Of a stretch of DNA of 64,000 nucleotides, positions 1-8,051 are shown piece by piece. Source of the DNA: an uncultured Candidatus Saccharibacteria bacterium (lineage in GTDB: Bacteria > Patescibacteriota > Minisyncoccia > Phycocordibacterales > Phycocordibacteraceae); NCBI GenBank assembly GCA_964618705.1, contig CAZUBJ010000001.1, positions 2,050 through 66,049 of the forward strand, read 5' to 3'. A program made the position numbers and the translations under genes. Positions within the stretch are counted from its first letter, which is position 1. Each line of letters opens with the position of its first letter. The notes below the pieces were generated by a model. That model searched no databases. It was not told the DNA's origin and saw only the letters and a list, made by a program, of their open reading frames with translations.

Positions 1-2
1 AG

Positions 3-461
3 GGTTGCTTTGCTAAGCGTGCGTCTGATGCGGCAATTATCTGCAATATGGAAAGTGCGGGTGGTAACCCTCGTGTGGAGAGTGGAAGCGATAAGCTTGA
101 TGGTGGTAAGGGCTCTTCGTACTCTGTCGGACTATGGCAGATAAATTTGACGGTACACAAGATCGTTAAGGATGGCAAAACACTGAACTGTCCGGCGGCT
201 TTCACAAACCCTTGCGACAGAGAACATTACACCGACCCAAATAATCATCCTGGCTGGTGCAATTCCTCCATCAGGAACACACAGGAAGCGCGAGATTTGT
301 ATGCTGCGTGTGTTGCTGCCGCGAAAGATCCCGTAGTAAGCACCGCTGCAGCATGTGCCATGGATAAGAACATGGACTTTAGTGATTGGGCCTGTTCAGC
401 TAGTCGTTGCCAAATATCAGGTGCCCGTGTACTTTCTGGCGGCTGTGCACCAGGTAGATAA
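3..461 (+). CDS. Lytic transglycosylase (SLT/lysozyme-like), Cys-rich, 5'-partial
   Basis: Frame is open from the window edge (GCFAKRASDAAIICNMESAGG). It has an 'IC..ES.GG' catalytic-Glu motif and a 'S.GLWQIN' motif typical of SLT domains. Confidence 0.65.
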   Translation, partial: GCFAKRASDAAIICNMESAGGNPRVESGSDKLDGGKGSSYSVGLWQINLTVHKIVKDGKTLNCPAAFTNPCDREHYTDPNNHPGWCNSSIRNTQEARDLYAACVAAAKDPVVSTAAACAMDKNMDFSDWACSASRCQISGARVLSGGCAPGR

Positions 462-483
462 TCATGCGTGATACTATTTTTGT

Positions 484-1017
484 ATGAAGTATGTCCTGAT
501 AGCTTTGGGTGCTGTAGTTGTAGCGGTTGCTATTCTTGCGGGTCTGTTCTTTGTTCTTACGCGTGAGAAAGAACCTGTGTCTTCTCCAAATCAAGCACAA
601 AGCCCTTTTGGATTTATCGGGGGCACAGCAACGACACCCACCAAGACACTTTCTCTATCGCTTCGTGATGGCACTGTCGTACAAGCGCACGACTTTACGA
701 AACAGGACCAGCCCGAGTGGGCAGGCGGCGCATCAGGGTATCTGGTTGGCGGCGGTGAGCAGGAGAATTTCATCATTCTTTACTTTGCACCAGATGTACC
801 TAACGGTCAGGGTGAATTCTTGGTGAACGTAAATGCAGAACCTATTGGAGACGCGCGCAGACGTGCGGAGGCTGCGCTCAAGGCTCGTCTTGAGATGACC
901 GAAGAAGAATTGTGCAAGCTTGCCGTTTCTGTACGAACTGCGCCCGGCGTGAGCGCTACCTACGGAGGATATGACCTGGGGCTTAGTTTTTGTCCGGGCG
1001 CTGTAGCTTTGCCGTAG
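484..1017 (+). CDS. Hypothetical membrane-anchored protein
   Basis: 177 aa ORF with an N-terminal TM helix, lying between the two hydrolase genes. Confidence 0.7.
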   Translation: MKYVLIALGAVVVAVAILAGLFFVLTREKEPVSSPNQAQSPFGFIGGTATTPTKTLSLSLRDGTVVQAHDFTKQDQPEWAGGASGYLVGGGEQENFIILYFAPDVPNGQGEFLVNVNAEPIGDARRRAEAALKARLEMTEEELCKLAVSVRTAPGVSATYGGYDLGLSFCPGAVALP

Positions 1018-1018
1018 T

Positions 1019-2023
1019 ATGAAGCTCTTCTTGCCACTCCTTGCACTAACCGTCTTGCTGAACGTCGCCGTACCTTTTGCAGTACATGCGCAGGGAATTC
1101 CGACTATTGGGAGCGGGTTCCATATTATTCCGGACGCTAGCGAGTTGGATCCAGCATGCCCCGAGGGAGCACCGCTTTCGTTTGGTGCAGTCATGCAGAT
1201 TGCACAGAACTTGCTTGGCGTTGCAATAGCCTTTGGAGTGCTAATTTTTGTCATTATCATGGCGTGGGCTGGATTCCTTCTCATTACGTCCCCCATTAAC
1301 CCAGAAGCAAAAAGTACTGCACGAAAAATGCTCGGTAATGCTGCTATCGGTTTGCTTATCACGCTCTCCGCGTGGCTTATCGTGGACTTTGTCATGAAGA
1401 CCCTCTATAACCCAAATAAAGCAGGGCTCGGGCCATGGAATAGTATCTTGAGCGGTGGGCCAGCGTGCGTAAAAGAGACTGAGAATATGCAGGCACTCCC
1501 TATAGGACCAATTACTGCAGGTGATCTCGCCATCATAAATGACTGGGAGACGACCGACAGCGGTACGAGTAGTTCAGGTGGTGGTGGCGCGAACTGTCCA
1601 GCTGCGGATACTTCAAAAATGGTTGCATTCCCGGCCTCGGCAACTCAGGGAGAAACGGAGAAGGCAACTCAGACGACGGTAAATAATTTCTTAGCGATGC
1701 GCACAGCAGCACTTAAGGACGGGGTGGACCTTAAGGTTGTGGACGGGTACCGGTCAGATGCGGAACAGGTAGTGCTGTACAAACGCTACTGCAGCTCTGG
1801 CACCTGTGGAGCCAAGAAAGTTGGTAAACCCTGCTCCATGACGGGAGGAAAAGGATCAAATCACAATTCCGGAGAGGCTCTCGATTTGAATGTCGGGTGT
1901 GCGAACGGCGTGAGAAACTGCAATACAAAAACCTATAACTGGTTGAAGGCTAATGGATCCAAGTGGGGATTCAGGAACTCACTTCCTACTGATCCGCCAC
2001 ACTGGTCACCGAGCGGTAGCTAA
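1019..2023 (+). CDS. TrbC/VirB2-like pilin domain fused to M15B (VanY-like) D,D-carboxypeptidase domain
   Basis: Signal peptide and two TM pilin-like helices ('AWAGFLLITS...A.KML.NA.IGL.I.L.AWLIV'). C-terminal YRS..EQ, SNH..G.A.D and DPPHW Zn-peptidase motifs. Confidence 0.75.
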   Translation: MKLFLPLLALTVLLNVAVPFAVHAQGIPTIGSGFHIIPDASELDPACPEGAPLSFGAVMQIAQNLLGVAIAFGVLIFVIIMAWAGFLLITSPINPEAKSTARKMLGNAAIGLLITLSAWLIVDFVMKTLYNPNKAGLGPWNSILSGGPACVKETENMQALPIGPITAGDLAIINDWETTDSGTSSSGGGGANCPAADTSKMVAFPASATQGETEKATQTTVNNFLAMRTAALKDGVDLKVVDGYRSDAEQVVLYKRYCSSGTCGAKKVGKPCSMTGGKGSNHNSGEALDLNVGCANGVRNCNTKTYNWLKANGSKWGFRNSLPTDPPHWSPSGS

Positions 2024-2862
2024 TTGCTGTCCGTAAGTTTGCGAAGCCAGGCTTTCTGATGTCGTGCATAGTGCCAGAGCTTTGTGGAAAGCGTTGGCAG
2101 CAACGTTTCCTCTTCTCGCTCTCTGCGAAGGAATTCGCCAATCACACGATATTCTAGCCCTAGTTCATTCAGGCGGGTATCACCGACATACTCACGGACG
2201 GCCCGTACCTCATCGATAAGTCCTCGTGTGAATGCTGATGCAAGACGCTTCGATATGCGCTCACGTAGCACATCTCGCTCCGGATTAATAACCACCCATT
2301 CAACGCTGAGTAATGGAGTGTCAGTATCGCGCTCAGGTACATGGCCGTGCTCTGCAACTATTTCAAGAGCGCGAATAAGTCTACGTCGATTCTGCAAATC
2401 AATACGCTCTGCACGGCGGGGATCTGTAGCGGTGAGCCTAGCCACCAGTTCCTGCGTCGAGAGCGCCTCAAGGGTCTGGCGCACGAGTGGGTCGGGCACG
2501 CTTGTTTCGGGAAGTCCGTAGATAAGAGCTTCGAAATAGAAGTGCGTGCCTCCTGCAAGGATGGGGCGCTTTCCGCGGGACTCAATCTCCTTGATAAGGA
2601 GTGTCGTGTCGCGCACAAAGTCAGCCGCACTATAGATCTCTCGCGGGTCCAAAATATCTATGAGGTGATGGGGAACACCGTCCATATCCGCCTTGGTGGT
2701 CTTCTCCGTTCCGATATCAAGCATGCGGTAGACTTGGCGCGAGTCTACAGAAATAACCTCGCCATCGAATTCCTTCGCAAGCTCTACTGCACGCGCAGAC
2801 TTACCTGAGGCAGTAGGCCCCACAACGCAGAGAAGTGGGAGGGCGTTATCCAGGTGCTTCAC
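2020..2862 (-). CDS. miaA: tRNA dimethylallyltransferase
   Basis: GPTASGKS, DSRQVY, IGTEK, PHHLID and GGT motifs. GTG start at 2862 chosen to avoid overlap with ahpC. Confidence 0.93.
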   Translation of the reverse strand: MKHLDNALPLLCVVGPTASGKSARAVELAKEFDGEVISVDSRQVYRMLDIGTEKTTKADMDGVPHHLIDILDPREIYSAADFVRDTTLLIKEIESRGKRPILAGGTHFYFEALIYGLPETSVPDPLVRQTLEALSTQELVARLTATDPRRAERIDLQNRRRLIRALEIVAEHGHVPERDTDTPLLSVEWVVINPERDVLRERISKRLASAFTRGLIDEVRAVREYVGDTRLNELGLEYRVIGEFLRREREEETLLPTLSTKLWHYARHQKAWLRKLTDSN

Positions 2863-2907
2863 AATACTTGGGATGCTATCATGACCATGAAATAACGGAA
2901 AACCCAT

Positions 2908-3570
2908 ATGACTACTGAACAAAAGAGCAATTACTGTGAACACTGTGGTGATTTCCACGACTCGTACCGCGAATACGCATCGTCAGTTCGCATTGGAGAG
3001 ACGATTCCAGACTATGAGTTTGAGGCGTTTCAGAACAATGATGTGAAGCCGATGAAGTTCTCAGACTTCCGTGGGAAGTGGCTCATTGTCATGTTCTACC
3101 CAGCAGACTTCACATTCGTGTGTCCAACTGAGCTTGAAGAAATGGCAGGACTCTACGCAAAGTTTACAGAACTCGGTGCTGAAGTGGTGTCGTTCTCAAC
3201 GGACACGGTGTTTGTGCATAAGGCGTGGCACGATACGTCTGGGGCCATTAAGAAAATCACCTTCCCAATGGGTGCAGACCCAACTGGAAAGGTGGCAGAT
3301 GCATTCGGTGTCTTGATTCAGGGAGGGGACACGATGCTAACACCAGACGAGGGTCTTGCACTCCGCGGTACGTTCATCGTAGATCCAAAGGGTGTGCTTA
3401 AGACCATGGAGGTGCATGACAACGGCATTGGCCGTTCTGCAAAAGAAACCCTGCGCAAATTGCAGGCAGCGCAGTTTGTGGCAACACACTCAGGACAGGT
3501 GTGTCCTGCGGCGTGGGAGCCAGGAGGGGATACGCTTGAGCCGGGGATGGATTTGGTTGGCAAAATCTAA
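2908..3570 (+). CDS. ahpC: 2-Cys peroxiredoxin
   Basis: FYPADFTFVCPTE and resolving VCPA.W motifs. Confidence 0.95.
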   Translation: MTTEQKSNYCEHCGDFHDSYREYASSVRIGETIPDYEFEAFQNNDVKPMKFSDFRGKWLIVMFYPADFTFVCPTELEEMAGLYAKFTELGAEVVSFSTDTVFVHKAWHDTSGAIKKITFPMGADPTGKVADAFGVLIQGGDTMLTPDEGLALRGTFIVDPKGVLKTMEVHDNGIGRSAKETLRKLQAAQFVATHSGQVCPAAWEPGGDTLEPGMDLVGKI

Positions 3571-3716
3571 GTAGGAGCAGTCTAAATTACTCCTGCGCTT
3601 CGTTACGGATCCCAGCGAGCTCATCCGTCGTGCTCTGCAGTACGCCTACTTCGCTCACTCTCCCGTGCCTTGAGCATAAGCATTTTAGCTCTGCTCTTGA
3701 GAAGATTGATGTAAAG

Positions 3717-3748
3717 AAAAGGGCCCGGCGCTTCTGCGCCGGGCCCTT
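3717..3748. terminator. GC-rich hairpin terminator
   Basis: AAAA-GGGCCCGGCGC TTCT GCGCCGGGCCC-TT between convergent ORFs. Confidence 0.75.
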
Positions 3749-3760
3749 CCCGTTGTGGCT

Positions 3761-3931
3761 CTAGCCGTGGCCGCGTGCGCGCTCGCGCGCCAGGCCAACG
3801 GTGGCGAATTCCTCGATACCGACGAGGGGTGGCTCGTTGGAGCCCGTACCGTCGCTACGGTTAGTGGTCGCGGGTGCAAGCAGAGCGCCAATAACAACGG
3901 GGAAGAACAAATTAACAACGCTAAACGGCAT
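3761..3931 (-). CDS. Small hypothetical protein (56 aa)
   Basis: AGGA upstream of ATG, hydrophobic N-terminus, terminator directly downstream. Confidence 0.4.
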   Translation of the reverse strand: MPFSVVNLFFPVVIGALLAPATTNRSDGTGSNEPPLVGIEEFATVGLARERARGHG

Positions 3932-4109
3932 CACTTTTCCTATTACTATCGTTGCGGGAAGTACGAGGATACCATAGTGAAAAAGTTTCGGCGACCTGTG
4001 GGGTGGAGTGACACGGCGATTACGCCTTTTGCCCGCGCGTTGAGAGCTCGTCGTCCACCACAAGGGCATTTCTTATTTACTAACTCGCTGCGCTCCTAAG
4101 AAAATAATG

Positions 4110-4244
4110 TCACTCGCACTCACGCTGGGCACCGCCTCGCGGTTTTGCTCTACTGAGCAAAACATCGCTCCGGCATTCAAGTCCCGAGCACAACGCGAAG
4201 GCGTTGTGCTCCCCCGGCACAATTTCTCTCTGCGTTCTAAATTG
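4110..4244. repeat. tRNA-associated palindromic element with antisense copy of the tRNA 3' end
   Basis: Perfect 17-bp inverted repeat 4209-4225/4239-4255 plus 4176-4185/4255-4264, with nested hairpins. Confidence 0.7.
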
Positions 4245-4325
4245 TGCCGGGGGAGGGACTTGAACCCTCAAACCTTTCAGTAGTGGGTTTTGAATCCACC
4301 GCGTATACCATTCCGCCACCCCGGC
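4245..4325 (-). tRNA. tRNA-Leu(CAA)
   Basis: Cloverleaf GCCGGGG/CCCCGGC-A, loop TT-CAA-AA, variable arm ACT-GAAA-GGT, T-arm GAGGG-TTCAAGT-CCCTC. CCA not encoded. Confidence 0.92.
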
Positions 4326-4387
4326 AATGTTCATAATCCTACTTCTAGATGCACTTCCTCGCAAACGGCTCGTGTTAGAATGCACAC

Positions 4388-5428
4388 ATGAATCCGTTTG
4401 GCGGCGACAAACTCGCATCTACCTACAACGAGCCAACCAAGTACGACTCTGTGTACTGGGTGGAGGTGGACCGCATCCAGCCGAACCCCTATCAACCTCG
4501 CAAGGAGTTTGACGAAGAACGACTTAAGGCTCTCGCAGAAAGTATTCGGCAGTACGGTGTGTTGCAGCCACTGGTAGTAACGCGCACCGAGCGCGAGCTT
4601 CCTGGTGGAGGGTTACAGGCCTCGTATGAACTTATTGCTGGTGAGCGTCGTTTCCGTGCATCAAAACTCATCGGTCTTAAGGAGGTACCCGTTGTTATTC
4701 GTGCGGGGGAACAGACTGACAAGATGAAGCTGGAGCTCGCCATTATTGAGAACCTTCAGCGCGAGGACTTGAACTCTATTGATCGAGCCAAAGCGCTTGC
4801 ACAGCTTGTAGATACCTTCGGGCTTTCTCACGGAGAAGTTGGTGCAAAGGTGGGCCGCAGTCGTGAGTACATCACCAACTCTATTCGCCTCCTCCTCCTT
4901 CCTGAGGAAATCCAGAACGCTGTGGTTGCAAAAGAGATTACTGAAGGACACGCGCGCGCACTCCTCATGCTCCAGGACCGTCCAGAGGAGATGCAGACTC
5001 TGTTTAAGGAGATCATGCTCAAGAAGACGAGCGTGCGCATGGTAGAGCAGATGGCACGCCGCATTGCCACCGACCGTATCCGCAAGCACGACAAAACCAT
5101 GGAGATGATGGAGCTTGAGAAAAGTCTCACAGAAACGCTCGGTACCCGTGTGCTGATTGAGAACCGTCCAAATGGCGGGCGTGTCCTCATTGAGTTTTTC
5201 TCTTCGGAGGACCTCGCAAACATTGCGAACATACTTGCGACGCGCGAGGCACAGCTCTTGGCAGAGAAGGAAGCCCCAGCTGCGAGCGAGAACGACACTG
5301 CCGTGGTGCCGTATCTATTTCCAAACACTACTCCTGTTGTCACTGCGGAACCCACCGCTCAAGTGGTAACTGAGGAAGTTACAGAGCCCGAAGAAGACAT
5401 ATACTCCGTTTCAAGCTTCACCGTTTGA
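4388..5428 (+). CDS. parB: ParB/Spo0J partition protein
   Basis: NPYQPR, GVLQP, IAGERR.RA, ENLQREDL and HTH motifs. Confidence 0.95.
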   Translation: MNPFGGDKLASTYNEPTKYDSVYWVEVDRIQPNPYQPRKEFDEERLKALAESIRQYGVLQPLVVTRTERELPGGGLQASYELIAGERRFRASKLIGLKEVPVVIRAGEQTDKMKLELAIIENLQREDLNSIDRAKALAQLVDTFGLSHGEVGAKVGRSREYITNSIRLLLLPEEIQNAVVAKEITEGHARALLMLQDRPEEMQTLFKEIMLKKTSVRMVEQMARRIATDRIRKHDKTMEMMELEKSLTETLGTRVLIENRPNGGRVLIEFFSSEDLANIANILATREAQLLAEKEAPAASENDTAVVPYLFPNTTPVVTAEPTAQVVTEEVTEPEEDIYSVSSFTV

Positions 5429-5484
5429 CATTCTACCGCTTTCTTGTACAGTGTTCCTGAACAAGTACAAACGGAGGTAAAACA

Positions 5485-5739
5485 GTGGCCGACGAACGAA
5501 TCCCCGCGATGGCCTGGTTCAGGGATCGCAAGGCATACTACGGAGCAAAGCCGCCTACGAGCCAGGTACGGAGAACCTACGATGTGTTCGAGCGGCTCAT
5601 CATTCTCGTGAGCGACGAGCACCATCTGCTCACCTCCGAGCAGATGGACATTGTGGAGAATACGGTCCTGCACGGACTTAGGTCCGACGCCGACATCTTC
5701 TCAGTCGCCGCCTGGATCAAGACCTGCCCGCGCAGCTGA
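5485..5739 (+). CDS. Orphan small protein
   Basis: TTGACA(5425)..TACAGT promoter, GGAGG SD, GTG start, hairpin at 5753-5780. Confidence 0.65.
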   Translation: MADERIPAMAWFRDRKAYYGAKPPTSQVRRTYDVFERLIILVSDEHHLLTSEQMDIVENTVLHGLRSDADIFSVAAWIKTCPRS

Positions 5740-5752
5740 GCCCGAACGAAAG

Positions 5753-5780
5753 TACCCCAAGCGCGCGAGCGCTTGGGGTA
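5753..5780. terminator. Hairpin between convergent genes
   Basis: TACCCCAAGCGC GCGA GCGCTTGGGGTA perfect 12-bp stem. Confidence 0.7.
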
Positions 5781-5789
5781 TCGTCATAT

Positions 5790-7412
5790 CTATTCCTTCG
5801 CTTTCTTGGGATTTTTCTTCTTCGTAATACGAAGGGGCTTAATCTCCGGGATCGTCGATTCAGGCCGTGCGTGCGTATCCAGATAGCTTCGAATATGACG
5901 TCGAGCAATACTTGTGCGCGCGTAGTCGTGCCATTTTGCCGTTGGGCGAGCGTTCTTACTTTTAATGATTTCTATAATGTCGCCGTTCTTAAGTTCGGTA
6001 TCAAACGAAACCAGCTTCCCATTTATTTTTGCACCCTGCATATGCTCTCCCAGGTCGCTATGAATTGCGAAGGCAAAGTCCACGGGGGTCGAACCGGTGG
6101 GAAGGTCAATCACGTCACCACGAGGTGAGAAGACAAAAATGCGATGCGAAAAGAAGTCAGTCTTAAGTCCTTCTACAAATTCGCTCGACTCCGCAACCTT
6201 TGCGTGCGCATCAGCAAGTTCGGTGAGCCATCCAGGTGTCGGAGCCACCTTTCCGTTCGCAGACGCCGCCTCGTGTGTTGGACGTTTAATATTCATGAGA
6301 TTTGGGAGAAGGTCGCGAATCCAAGGAATGGAGAGCTTCTGCACAGAACCCTGTTTAGCATTTCGTCCAAGTGCCTTATAGGAACCATGAGAAGCAATAC
6401 CAAACTCTGCCTGCTCGTGCATTTCGTTGGTACGAATCTGAATCTCTACAATACCTGCCTCAGGTGTTACGAGCGTGGTGTGAAGTGACTGGTACCCGCT
6501 TGAAGGTTTTGGTACGGCTATATAGTCCTTAAACTCTCCAGGAAGCGGCTTCCATAATGAGTGAAGTACTCCAAGTGCGGTGTAGGCATCCGGTACGGTG
6601 GGCACAATGATACGAAGTGCCGCAATGTCGTGAATTTTTGTGATGTCGTCCCCCTTACGCTTTAGTTTTTGATGCAGGCTCCATAGGCCTTTCATGCGGA
6701 TGCCCGTCTTAAAGTCACGCATGCCTTTACGCGCAAGCGCATGACGCACTTCCTTCTGAACTTTCACAAGGCCCGCCTCTGTTTCTTTTGCAGCTAGCTT
6801 TCGTACTTCAATGGCATGATGGTACGCATCCTCGTCAATAAACGGGAACGCCATGTCCTCAAAGTCCTTTCGAATGCGTCCCATGCCAAGACGATCGGCA
6901 AGTGGGGCATAAATCTCGAGTGTTTCGAGCGCTATACGTCTGCGCTTCTCCACAGGAACATGCTCAAGCGTGGTCATGTTGTGGTAGCGGTCCGCTAATT
7001 TAACAATAAGCACGCGCACATCAGCCGCGGTCGCTACTAGAAGGCGTCTCAAACTCTCTGCGTGGCGCTCTGTGCCCTGATACTTGTGCTGGCCGAGCTT
7101 GGTAACACCTTGCACTAAAAACAGCACCTCAGGGCCAAATTCAGCCGACACTTCTTCGTCAGTGACTTGCGTGTCTTCGATAGCGTCGTGCAGGAGTGCT
7201 GCGGCAACGGTCGGTGCGTCGAGTCCCAACTCAGCCAGGTGCTTAGCAACTGCGCTCGGATGTATAAAATAGGGCTCGCCCGAATAACGAGTGTGTCCCT
7301 CGTGCGCCTTCTTTGCAAAATCGTATGCTTTTTCTACGAGCGCTTTATCGAGAGCGCTCAGGTTAGTCATTTGGGCCAGTATTTCCTTGACCGTCGTCAT
7401 GGTCTTTAGCAT
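5790..7412 (-). CDS. rel: RelA/SpoT family (p)ppGpp synthetase/hydrolase (HD + SYNTH + TGS)
   Basis: R.SGEPY..HP, LLHD..ED, KLADR.HN, DYIA.PK..GYQSLH, EIQIRT and TGS (TPVDFAF.IH) motifs. Start may be 7400. Confidence 0.93.
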   Translation of the reverse strand: MLKTMTTVKEILAQMTNLSALDKALVEKAYDFAKKAHEGHTRYSGEPYFIHPSAVAKHLAELGLDAPTVAAALLHDAIEDTQVTDEEVSAEFGPEVLFLVQGVTKLGQHKYQGTERHAESLRRLLVATAADVRVLIVKLADRYHNMTTLEHVPVEKRRRIALETLEIYAPLADRLGMGRIRKDFEDMAFPFIDEDAYHHAIEVRKLAAKETEAGLVKVQKEVRHALARKGMRDFKTGIRMKGLWSLHQKLKRKGDDITKIHDIAALRIIVPTVPDAYTALGVLHSLWKPLPGEFKDYIAVPKPSSGYQSLHTTLVTPEAGIVEIQIRTNEMHEQAEFGIASHGSYKALGRNAKQGSVQKLSIPWIRDLLPNLMNIKRPTHEAASANGKVAPTPGWLTELADAHAKVAESSEFVEGLKTDFFSHRIFVFSPRGDVIDLPTGSTPVDFAFAIHSDLGEHMQGAKINGKLVSFDTELKNGDIIEIIKSKNARPTAKWHDYARTSIARRHIRSYLDTHARPESTIPEIKPLRITKKKNPKKAKE

Positions 7413-7500
7413 ACTGCTCTAATCCGTTTGCGACAAACGGTAACCAGTTTACTGCGTACGCAGTTGTAAAAAATGTAAGCAAATTGCGAGGAGAGTTCTT

Positions 7501-7692
7501 TTGAGACCGTTACTGAGTAAGGCTCCATCGCACTGCGGAAAGTGTGGTGGTGTGCACCGTGCCATTCACGGCAAGCGCGTGAATGCGCAGGGAGTTCGAC
7601 TGCTGTGCGAGGAACCCGACACTATCGAGTTTGAGATCGACACCCCGTCATCGCCCTACGTAACGCCGCTTCCTGCCACGGTTGCGGCCTAA
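7501..7692 (+). CDS. CxxC microprotein A (63 aa)
   Basis: GAGGAG SD, TTG start, CxxC..H..C motif, hairpin at 7698-7724. Paralogous to the next ORF. Confidence 0.6.
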   Translation: MRPLLSKAPSHCGKCGGVHRAIHGKRVNAQGVRLLCEEPDTIEFEIDTPSSPYVTPLPATVAA

Positions 7693-7807
7693 GCGAAGAG
7701 CCCGCACCCTATCGGGGCGGGCTCATGCTATGTGTGCCGTTGACTGCGACCAAAACCGCGCTATAGTCCAATTGTTCCACTCGTTTTAACGCAAGGAGAC
7801 TCGAGCC

Positions 7808-7975
7808 ATGCAGTACTGCACTGATTGCGGACAAATGGTGCTGGTGCCTTGCAAGAGCAAGGACCATCCCGAGATTGAGCGTGTGTTTTGCCCCAAACGG
7901 CGAACCATGATTTCCTTCGAACCGGTCATTCCGTCGAAGGTGCTCGCGTTCAATCGCGCCCTGCAAGCGGCCTAG
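7808..7975 (+). CDS. CxxC microprotein B (55 aa, not in ORF track)
   Basis: TTGACT-16-TATAGT promoter (7740-7767), AAGGAG SD, translates MQYCTDCGQ...RALQAA*, hairpin at 8015-8042. Confidence 0.65.
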   Translation: MQYCTDCGQMVLVPCKSKDHPEIERVFCPKRRTMISFEPVIPSKVLAFNRALQAA

Positions 7976-8051
7976 CCGCCTGCGCCCATCGGCCCTTCGT
8001 GGGCCCACAACAAGCCGCCGCGATTCGAAAGAGTCGCGGCGGTATCTACTT

